Part shown: positions 1 to 9,720 of the stretch, in pieces
Numbering within the stretch: the stretch's first letter is position 1
How the letters are laid out: every line of letters starts with the position of its first letter
From: Raillietiella orientalis
Lineage: Eukaryota
Reading direction: 5' to 3'
Assembly: GCA_036172245.1 (NCBI GenBank)
Contig: JAYWIR010000159.1
Coordinates: 1 to 54,272, forward strand
DNA length: 54,272 bases
The notes under the pieces: model-generated
The model's input: the letters and a program-made list of their open reading frames with translations, nothing else
What the model was told of the DNA's origin: nothing
The model's database searches: none
Made by a program: the position numbers and the translations under genes

Positions 1-3000
1 CATCACTCAAAAGGCCATCGGTGCCTTCCAAGAAATCCCCTGAACCACACATGAGGACTGAGTTGCGTTCAGCACATTGATCTCGGAAAATGAGGTCAAC
101 GCTTTTTTTGGAAGCTTTGGAGCCAGCTCTAGCCCGGCACGCGTTTCGAGCCGCTCCGTACACGAGTGGCGCTCTCAGGCAAGCAGTGGTAGCACAACTC
201 TTGCGAAAGACGAATCGTTCGAAACACTCATTTGCAAATCTTTGTGGGAACGTCACTTTGCAAAACCAGATATTCCTAGCTACCATAGCGCACAGGGTGC
301 ACAGGGACTACGCCCTCTCTCTGCGTGGAGGAGATAAAGCAATTCAGTTTGGTTTTCCTTTTTTTTTTTTTTTGGAAAATCGCTACGCAAAAGCTTCTTG
401 TGAAAGCAGGCAAAGATAATTTTCGATGTGTGCTCAGTCTGCTTTCCAAAATCTTGTCAGGAACAGCGAGGAATAGCAAGAAGAGCATCGCAGATATGGA
501 CTGTCCTCTCTGGCTTCGTGATACTTGTTCTCCTGTTCTTCATACGTCAGTGTTGGCTGTTCTTCCTTCGGAATCCTGCACAAGCCAAACGAGTTTGCAG
601 CTATCAAGGAGAATCTGAATGCAGTTCGGTCCATTGATCTGCAGCCTAAGTGCAGATTTATATTCTGCGTTTTTTCGGTGCTTCCTTTGAGACGCGCACT
701 TGACAGAATCTCGGAAGTCTCTCGTATTACTCTGCACTGATGCTGGGACGAGATCGCAAATCTCGCAGGAAATCAGGAGGGAACGGAAACTTCACTGTCT
801 TACTGGAAATGCACGCTGACAGACAAATGGAGCAAAAAAAAGATCGAGCATTTCCCCAGCTGACCCGTCTGTCTCCAAGGCTGCATAGCATTGCAAGGTG
901 AAAAAAGCAAGCCGAGAAAATCCGAGAGATCCAAAGTATCCGATGATGTCCTCTTTGAGCGATCCTTCCCTGAACGAGACGCGTTTCGACGGAGAAAGTG
1001 ACGCAGAATCTTTCTCTTCTGGAAGACATCGAGGAAATCCAATAAATTAGTGGGTGGGGAAGGTTTCGTTTCCTCGCATCATGCGACCGCATTTACACTG
1101 CAAATCGATTGGACTCTTATTCCAGAATTTTGCAATTTTACCATTAGTGTTGTTGCCGAATTCACTTGAATTTATTTTTGAATGGAGGAATTGTGAAATG
1201 ATTGAAGCGAATATTTCACAAAGTTCCCTCCTTTCCAGCGTTACGACCAAGCGAATGCAAATTCATGACTGTTTTACTGTGATATTCCGAGAGATAGTGG
1301 GATGCACGTTGCTCTTAAAGATGAGGATAAAGATAAGGGCGGGTCAAAGGCTTTGGGGTTAAGGCTTTTGTGCATGGCACGATGCGTCGCCAAATCGAAG
1401 GATATGGCAGAAAATGACGCAACTGCGTCGTTGGGTTCCGAGTTTCTCCTGCAATGGCGATTGGAGTATGATGAAATTCGGTCGGGGCACCGATGGTAGT
1501 TTAAGCCGGAGACTTCTCATGAAGCCTGGAACAATGGCAGTCGACCTTTGAGTCCTTTCACGATTCCAGGGAGTGGGCAGTACGCCATCCGGTTGTACAA
1601 TGGACAACACACCCCTTAGCGGGGGTCAAATCCGATTCATCGCCTCATTTCATAGTGCAATGTAAGGCACCTCTAACAAGAGCACGCAAGGGCTCCTCTC
1701 CTAGTTGTTAGCTGGAGCGGACCGCCCTCAGCGGTGGTACGCTTCCAATCATGCTCTTCACAAAGAGCAAGAGAAGGAACATGGAGCAAGAGCCTTCGCG
1801 GGTTTCTCTCCCTAGTTGTTCGATGGAGCGGATCCTGCTCAGCCGAGGATATACCCACCGATTCGTCGCGTCTCCACCGAGTGCACAAGGAAGGAAGCGA
1901 GAGCGAGTACCTACAAGCAAGCGCCGAGCCGCTTCGGAGTTTCTGAAGCATGCTTTCGGGGTTCTCTTCAGAAGAGTGAACAGGAACGGTTCCATTGCGG
2001 TTTACCTACGAAGCAGAAATTCTCCCAAAGTGAGTTTCTCCGGGTTCCCATTGGAGAAGTTGAAATGGAGAGGACCACCTTACACAAGGGTGATGAGCCT
2101 TCGAAGAAGTTTTAATCAGACAATTTAAAACGGACAGGACAGCCATGCCCATTGAGGAGGGAGGGAGCGTTACGAGAGAAAGAGAAAGGAGACAACTAGG
2201 GTGGGAGGTGAGATCACCATGGCTGAGAGAGGAACGGACTCCGAGATCTTTTTGGATTCATATCCATAGCTTCTTCTAAGGTGCTCTATCTTCTAGAAAA
2301 CATCGGCCCTTGCCTTAGACGGAGAGCCGTGGTAACAAAACACTGTGTTCAAAAAAGTAACGTGCGCCTTACGGCACGCGACAGGCTCATTTGGCACATT
2401 TCACGAACGGAAACAAAGAAAACTGGAGAAGGAAAGAACGAACAAATTAGGCAAACTCTAGGATTAGTGTGGCTTTCCAATAACAAGGAAAGAAAGTTAA
2501 AAACGGAACCACATTGAAAAGAGAACGGAAAATCTAGTGTTACAGGCGCACAGTGGAGAGAACCGTCATCTTGCTGATTGCGAATTCATATGAATCGAGA
2601 CTGTTCATCACCTGCAGCCCGCCTACAAACCTGGGAAAGGGTTCCCCGAAACTTAGCAGTTCGGTTCTCGGATCATCTAGGCGTCAATGAAGAAATGTTC
2701 TTCCGTAGTAAGGATTAAGACACTTGAGGCTGTTTGTGACCAAGCCGCTTATGAATCGCGCAACAACCGTCCGATGATGCGAACATTGCAGCAGTTGGAG
2801 AAAGCTGAAGGAAAATCGCCGATCTTTGATTCCATGAGTTGCTGATGAGAGACCGAATTTTTCGTCAGAATGCAAAGCGACACATTATCCGTATCCACGG
2901 CGAGAAAACCGCCAGGGTGTTGACACATCAATATGCACAGTTAAACGCAGGGGTACAAAGGAATCGACGCATCCACTTTTCAGCAGGAAGAATCCGTTGA

Positions 3001-4769
3001 TATGAATAGATGCATGTGAGCATCGGACACGTGTCTAGAGTTCCATCGACTTTGATAACCAAAACATCAAGTCCATTATCGCACTTGGTACATGGAATTT
3101 TGAGTTCATTCGTAATCGAAGGCACGTAAGTTGCTTTGCAGCAATCGAGAATCGTGAAAGTACCGGTAGAAAGAAAAGGACCGTAAAGTATTGACACATT
3201 CGTTCCTCCATATGTATTCAAGTTGATAATAATAGGCTGTTGGTTAGATAGTCCGCGAGTGAAAATCATATCGCCATTAGTAGCCTGCTATCAACCAGAC
3301 AGAAATAGCGCCATATCGATGGATGGATGGCGCACATCAAGCACTTTGGAAGACCCTTAACGTCCAATAGAGAGTTTGCGAGCAGCGTGATCCAATGTCG
3401 AAGAAACTTGCATGACACATTGCGGGTGGTGGCTTCCTTAATTGACGAGTTGTCTCTATGCTCCCAAAAGATTTCGTTTTGCATCGGTGGAGCGCCTTAT
3501 TTCCACACTTCTTCATCTCGGCACCAGGTTGATGGATATCTGGAGAGCAACTCAAGTACGTGGAAAGAGCGGAGTTGGTTCGCATCATGTTCTTGCGTGT
3601 GAAAACTCTCAAGTGACTTGGTTTAAGCGTGCCTTTTGTTCGGTTACGTACAGGGACCCGCCTTGAAAGTAACAGCACGTGTGTGCGATATCGGATCGCA
3701 ACGTAATAGGGAGGCTCTACAGAATGTTCCCACTTTTCCACCGCATCTACTTCGAAACGACGACGGCAGCACAGCAATTTACTCAGAGACCGCTTGCGAC
3801 TATTAGACCCAACAAATTGTTGGGGGCTTCTGGAAGCAAAATCCGTCCGGAGGTTCCACTTTTGCTAGAGAACACCTGCATCTTCAGCGTCTAAGCTAAC
3901 TGAGGTTTGACACCTCCGTCACAAGCATCACGATGCGAATGACAGTTGCCGTTGCAAACGGTATGAGCATCTCGAAACATGTGAACCGTGCAGAGCCGCA
4001 ACTCACAATTTGGTTTCTCCAGATAGTCTAAACCGTTGCCATTTACGCCCGAGAGGCACGAGGCCAAGTGCGTGCTGCAGAACAGATTCTGAATCCGCTT
4101 CTTGCTTTCCGTGGAACGTCCAATCCCAGAAGAGCGCCTGATCTTGATGGAATATGCATCCGAGTGTGTTTCTCAAGAACACGAGGTTATGCAGGCTACA
4201 ATCAAGTGCACAGAAAAGTTCAAATCTGAAAATAGTGAAATGTGGAACGAAGAATGTGTGTTGGAGGTATGCAATTCTTGTTGACATTCTCGAGTACCAC
4301 ACGTAAGCTATGATCATTTCTGAAAGCGAGAACCAAGGCAAATAACCAACCGCTATTCTCTAGGACAGCATGAAACGCGTTCCCTGCATACGTGCGTCAA
4401 CTGTAGCTATGCATACGGCAATGCTCACTGCTTCTGACCATGAGCAAAAGGAGCAAGTTGCGCGGAGGGAAAATACATCGTCAAGGCACAGTGCCAACGT
4501 ACATTCACGTAAGACCACATCGCGGTGGTGATTGTATCCCCACGAAGACTTCTGTCTACATGGATCACGGGTCATACACATGCAACTTCAAGAGGCGCAG
4601 CGACTGCTAAGCAAACTGGCAGGGGAAGGATTACCATTGTCAAAATCCTCATTCTTCATCATTTGCACATCAAGAACTCGAAAATACCCAACAGCCAAGG
4701 TACCCATGAACAAAAAGCATCAGCCACTTAATCATTATCTCTCTCCATTATTCTCTATCCATAATCCCA

Positions 4770-4825
4770 GCCTTCATAGTTTAATTGAAACATTGATTTT
4801 GTAAATCAAAAAAAAATAAAATGCA
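4770..4825 (+). tRNA. trnT: mt tRNA-Thr(UGU), apparently T-arm-less, NUMT pseudo-copy 1
   Basis: TAGTTTAATTGAAAC D-arm. Anticodon arm TTGAT-TTTGTAA-ATCAA with anticodon TGT at 4800-4802. The acceptor stem pairs poorly. Confidence 0.75.
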
Positions 4826-4836
4826 ATAACCTTTCA

Positions 4837-4890
4837 TCAAGACATAATCCTTTAACACCCAAAATTACTATTCTCATAAACAAATTTTTG
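4837..4890 (-). tRNA. trnP: mt tRNA-Pro(UGG), T-arm-less, NUMT pseudo-copy 1
   Basis: Minus-strand consensus of the three copies is CAAAAATTAGTTTATGAGAATAGTAAT-TTTGGGT-GTTAAAGGATTATTTCTTGA, anticodon TGG. Confidence 0.7.
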
Positions 4891-5834
4891 ACATCATATA
4901 CCCCCCCATTCTTTCCATCAAATCATACCCATTCATTCTTCCCATCGCTACTTTCCCTCCCGACAATAAGAAATAAAACACACAATATAATAAAACACCC
5001 CAACACAGATATATCTACTTATCATAACGATAACGAGGCAATACCCATCGGAATCAAATAATCACATACATTACAAATAAAGTTTTGATTCTCACCATAT
5101 AACAACCTCCTAAAAATAAACTACTCGTATTCAAACTTCAATAAACGATAAATCCATATTCCGACAAAAATAAAAAAAGCAAACAATATACCACCATACT
5201 CCGCATTATATCCAGACACCAACTCAGATTCACTTTCCAGAAAATCATACGGTAAAAGATTAACTTCTACTAAACATACAACACTACATACAATTAATCC
5301 ACCCGCCCTACAAAATACTAAGCATCCCTCTAACTCCACATCTAATTGATATCCACCCAAACACACTACTATACCCATTAAAACAACAATCATACATACT
5401 TCATAAGAAATCATTTGAGCTACTAAACGCATCACACCAACAGAACTATATTTCCTATTACTGGCTCAGCCACCCATTTATTCTCCATATATCCTCCCTG
5501 TTGAATAACACACAAACAACATTAAACCTATCATTCCCCCCACTAATCCCCAACTTCTAGCATGAATCACTCACATTCCTACCATCACTGACACCATAAT
5601 CAACGAAACCAACTTATAACCAACTTTATTTCTATCCATTAAATAAAAATGTTCCTTATTCAACAATTTTGAACCATCAACAATAGGCTGAAAAATACCA
5701 ACCCCTACTTTACCCGGCCTCTAGCGTCATTGTACTCCTCCTAAAACCTTACGCTCAACCAAAGTCACGAAAGACACACTAACCAATACCATTCACATCG
5801 CAAATGTTCTTTGAATAATCATTAACACGTTCAA
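4891..5834 (-). pseudogene. nad1: NADH dehydrogenase subunit 1, NUMT pseudogene, copy 1
   Basis: ND1 motifs RLVAQMISYEV, PYDFLESESELVSGYNAEY, FVTLVERKVLG and LPRYRYDK. In-frame stops and frameshifts are present. Confidence 0.95.
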
Positions 5835-5940
5835 CTTTCAAAACATCTGAACTTTCCAAACATTAATATTAAGAAACTCTAACTACTCAAAGAATTCTTT
5901 AAATCATGGATATTAAAATTTTTCTTCACCCATAAAATAT

Positions 5941-6705
5941 TTTAACTTTCCAATCCTTTCGTACTAAGAAAATACATCGTAATTTAAAGATTTAAACCAA
6001 TCAGGCTTACGCCGATCTAAACTCAAATCATGTAGGATTTAAGACAGTCTTGCTTAATACAATCTTTCATTCAGGTTATCAATGAAATAACTAACTAGTA
6101 TGCTACCTTAGTACAGTCAATATACTGCAGCTGTTTATTATATACCGGGCAGATTATACCTTACATTATTCATAAGGAAATGTTTTTAAGAAATAGTTGA
6201 AACAAATTTTTGCCTAATTCCTTATAATATTCCCACTTCACAATTTAATCTTACCTAAGATGTTAGTAATTGAAACATTATTTCACATAAATTATTTTTA
6301 ATTACATTAGATTACCATAATACTTTAAAAATCAACATTAACTTAGTATTAAAACTTTGTAATAGCTACTTCAATGCTCCTAATTTATACCTGTTATTAT
6401 ATTTATAAATAAATTAAGTTTATCCCCAATTTTTACTTACTAATAATTAGAACTATTAATTTGTCAGCATATCACCCCTAAATAAAATTCCGCTATATTT
6501 TGTTACATACAACAATCATTTTATTTAACTCATTAACATTCAAACATTAAATATAAATTTTCAATTGATTCCACTCTGATACAAAAGGTAATTAATTTTA
6601 ATACTTTATCACTATTAATTGACTGTCGTATTCAGTACTTTTCACTATCATTATAAAATAAAATTTCTTACTAATAATCTCATACTCAAACTTAACCAAA
6701 TTTTA
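5941..6705 (-). rRNA. rrnL: mt large-subunit (16S) rRNA, NUMT pseudo-copy 1 with a 340-bp internal deletion
   Basis: Conserved blocks CCGATCTAAACTCAAATCATGTAGG, TATGCTACCTT and CCGGGCAG. Lacks the segment present at 19032-19371 in copy 2. Ends approximate. Confidence 0.9.
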
Positions 6706-6756
6706 AATAATTATCAACTTCAAGCCAATCGTTACTTCTACTAGTAAATTACCCAT

Positions 6757-7465
6757 TTGCCTAGATACACCTTCCGGTACATCTACTATATTACGACTTA
6801 TCTAATATTATATCAGAGCGACGGGCGATTTGAATTTAATGATTGTTAAATTCAACTTGCTCTTCTTAAACAAATTTACAATTAAATCCTATTTCAATTC
6901 AACACATCCAAATTTAAGATAACGTAGTACACAAATCATTCTTTTTTATACTGCATCTTGATTAGCACTCTTAATTACAATCTATTTAGAAAATTAATTA
7001 CTCTTAAATAAACGAATCAACGATATACAAACACTAGAAAAAGGAAGTTCCTCGCGGATTACCGTTTACTAAGCAAACTCCTCTAATAATTCTCATTACC
7101 ACCAATTCATATAAGTCCCCTTCCCTTTATTTTTTAATATCCAGCATTTATATTAGAGTATCTAATTCTATTTTATTTATAATAGCTTATTAAAAACCAA
7201 TAACCTCCTATCGAACCAAAAGTTCTCATATTAAATTAATAAAACATTAATGTTAATTTAACTTTCACGTTTAACCGCTATTGCTGGCACGCATATTCAT
7301 AAAACATTAAATCATTACTAATTCAAATCCCTTTTAGAATTAAAATTAAATACTATGTATCTGCTTTTAAAATTTATACATACCTTATTATTCCAATTAA
7401 CACTAAACCTCATGCAAAAATTATTACTAATAGCCTTTAACGTAAAGCATAATTCAATCCCAAAT
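6757..7465 (-). rRNA. rrnS: mt small-subunit (12S) rRNA, NUMT pseudo-copy 1
   Basis: Conserved blocks TTACGACTTATC, AGAGCGACGGGCGATTTG, AGAGTATCTAATTCTA and AACCGCTATTGCTGGCAC. Ends approximate. Confidence 0.92.
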
Positions 7466-7490
7466 TTAATTTCTGTCATATTAGTATAAA

Positions 7491-7543
7491 TAAAGAAATT
7501 TTCCTTTTTGATGTAAACAAAATATTCATTAAACTATTTCTTT
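7491..7543 (-). tRNA. trnV: mt tRNA-Val(UAC), 53 nt, T-arm replaced by a TV loop, NUMT copy 1
   Basis: Minus strand folds as AAAGAAA TA GTTT-AAT-GAAT A TTTTG-TTTACAT-CAAAA AGGAAAA TTTCTTT A. The 7-bp acceptor and 5-bp anticodon stems are perfect, and the anticodon is TAC. Confidence 0.85.
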
Positions 7544-7900
7544 TTATGAAAAATGAATCTGAATTCATTTTTTTTAAAATTAAAAATATTTTGGGAATTA
7601 GTTTTTTCATACTAACTGAGGATAATATATTTTATAATAATAACAATAAATGATTGTTATATAAAACATTTGGAGTTAATTATAAATCAAAGAATGTTCT
7701 TTGTACTCTGAAAATTTAATATAACTATTACATTATATGTCAGGTATAAAATTAATATTTTATTATAATGAATAATTAATGTACTTAAATATTTTTATCT
7801 TACAGTACATAGAACATGTATGTATAATGAAAGATGTTAAATATAATTATACATATTCATTTGCATTTGTACATATATATTTATATATATGTACATATGT
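7544..7900. other. mt AT-rich control-region-like segment, NUMT copy 1
   Basis: Very AT-rich, non-coding, and upstream of rrnS/trnV. Contains hairpins AAAAATGAAT-CTGA-ATTCATTTTT and TGTACATATATA-TTTA-TATATATGTACA. Confidence 0.65.
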
Positions 7901-9720
7901 ATCATCGCTGCCTTCCAGATGTGAATGGACTTCTGCCGCACGTTGAATCTCGTAGGATACAAGTAGAAATAGATAACTCCCAAGTTGATGACACCGATCT
8001 CCTGGGTAGAAAACGAAACGAAGATTTGGCAGCGTTCTGTTCAGAAATAGCAAAAAAATTGTTCTTCTCCTCAATCAGCAATAGTACTCGAATCGTGAGG
8101 AGTATCGTGGTTTTAAATCCCTGAACCACGCAGAGTTTCAGGGTGTAATGAAGGTTTCATTTGTGTGTGATTATTATGATTGCGGAAGGATTCCTTGCCT
8201 CGTCGCATAACGCCTACTAGACCATAAAGATCACAAACTTTTGACTGCTCACCTTCTCCAGGATGAAATTGGAATTCCCCGATTTCCTTTGAGTCCACAA
8301 TTCCTTTCAGAACCTTAAAATGCTTGCGTGAAAGTCCGAAATTCAATTGCTGGAAGTCAAAATTAGCAAGATATCTTCTTTGCAGAGCGTGCAAGAGTTG
8401 ATCTTCAGTATGGTAAACGAAACGTGGAGCTTTGTGAATTGACCGTAAGTGCACGAGGTTACACCTTTCCTGGGAACGAACACGTGCGTTTTTCGGAAGG
8501 ATGTTGGAATACCATGGAAGACAGAAACTCCGGCAGAGGCATTGCTCTGGAGAAATGTACCGCAGCTACGTTATCTAAACGTACTCGGGACAGCGTATGG
8601 CAAGGAATATCTGACCATGAAGAGTGACCTCAATCCGCGGCTTTGCTCGCAGATACTCCGACAGCGGAAAATCAAGTACAGTCTTGGTGGCACGAAAGTG
8701 GGAAGAAATTCGTAATAAATGATAAATAGGCTGCCTGAATGCAGCGTGTCAGTGCTCCGTGACAGCAAACGGTAGGTCGACGAAAACCTTCCCCATACAT
8801 CGACATATGCATATCGATGAACGTATATGATTCGGCTCTGGCGTTGTGCAGACATTTGGAATGTTGTCTTCATAAATGCTTTCACTATCTAGGAAAAAAG
8901 TCAGATAGAGAGTGCTTGAGCAGTAGAGATTCCTCTCGATTTAATCCAACCTTCAGGAGAGAGGATCGATTTGAACGTTGTTCAACGGCGATGGTGCATG
9001 CAAGTGAACATTTGAAAGCTCGCAGGGACCGGACGATCACAGCGAAACAGCAACAACCATGAGGTCAACTCTTTTTCACGAGATCCACTTCATTCCATAA
9101 CATTCAACGTAATGATAAGGGATATGTGAGACAGTAGCTCATAGACGCTGGTTCACGAAGGACGCGATCGGCCTTGAGCACATGGAGCACGACAGTGTGC
9201 TCTTCTATCTAGTCCTTTTTCGGATGCGAACGTGCTGGCAACCTGTTGCCCGTTTGCTTTATCACGACGGAAAGCGCTCTGTCCGACGGTGACGATCGTT
9301 CCTGAAGTGCTCGAAAAAGAAGAACAAAGATTTTAGAGAAAATGGAACCGAGATTAGAAAGTATCCATGATAACAACGGATGGAGTGAAATGATTTGATT
9401 CGGTGAGAGCATTAAAGAAAGCATTCAACCGTTCAGAAGACGTGCTTTCTAGATGGCAGACTACCATGGGATATTCGTGGAGAGCGTTGGGGGCCTCTGC
9501 GGGTACTTGTTGCCACTTTGGGATAAACGGGATTCGTTTTGATGAGAACCGCTCTGTAACGAAGGTGACACTTCAAAGATTCTTCGCTCGGATGACAATC
9601 ATAAACGACATTCGTTTAGCGGAAATAAAGCATTTTCCGCTTAAGTACAGTAAGCTCTCCGAACTGAAAATAAACAGCGAAGATTGCGCTTTGCAGCCCA
9701 CCCTCCAGCCGCTTCCGGAA
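7901..9720 (+). pseudogene. possible decayed leucine-rich-repeat coding region (homologues ~24581-26200 and ~37568-39400)
   Basis: LxxLxL-like strings SFQNLKMLA, SSLQSVQELIF, NVPQLRYLNVLGT and KYSKLSELKIN in broken plus-strand frames. Confidence 0.25.

Larger units (their letters stand above)
4630..7900. other. NUMT (nuclear copy of a mitochondrial segment), copy 1
   Basis: Abrupt shift to AT-rich, A/C-skewed sequence containing nad1, rrnL, rrnS and mt-tRNAs with stops, frameshifts and deletions, flanked by non-mitochondrial DNA. The left edge is approximate. Confidence 0.93.

Noticed and set aside
1..1056. Gene in the unique left flank
   Set aside because: Only short overlapping ORFs with no recognisable motif, so I left it unassigned.
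4630..4769. Assignment of the A/C-rich stretch before trnT to nad2, nad6, cob or nad4L
   Set aside because: The composition looks mitochondrial, but there is no diagnostic motif in any frame.
5835..5940. trnL/trnQ/trnF between nad1 and rrnL (and a tRNA at ~6706-6756)
   Set aside because: There is room for tRNAs and partial D-arm-like pairing, but no anticodon arm is consistent across the three copies.
4630..7900. Genuine mitochondrial genome or functional nad1/rRNAs
   Set aside because: Stops, frameshifts and large deletions are present, and the three divergent copies are each embedded in non-mitochondrial DNA.
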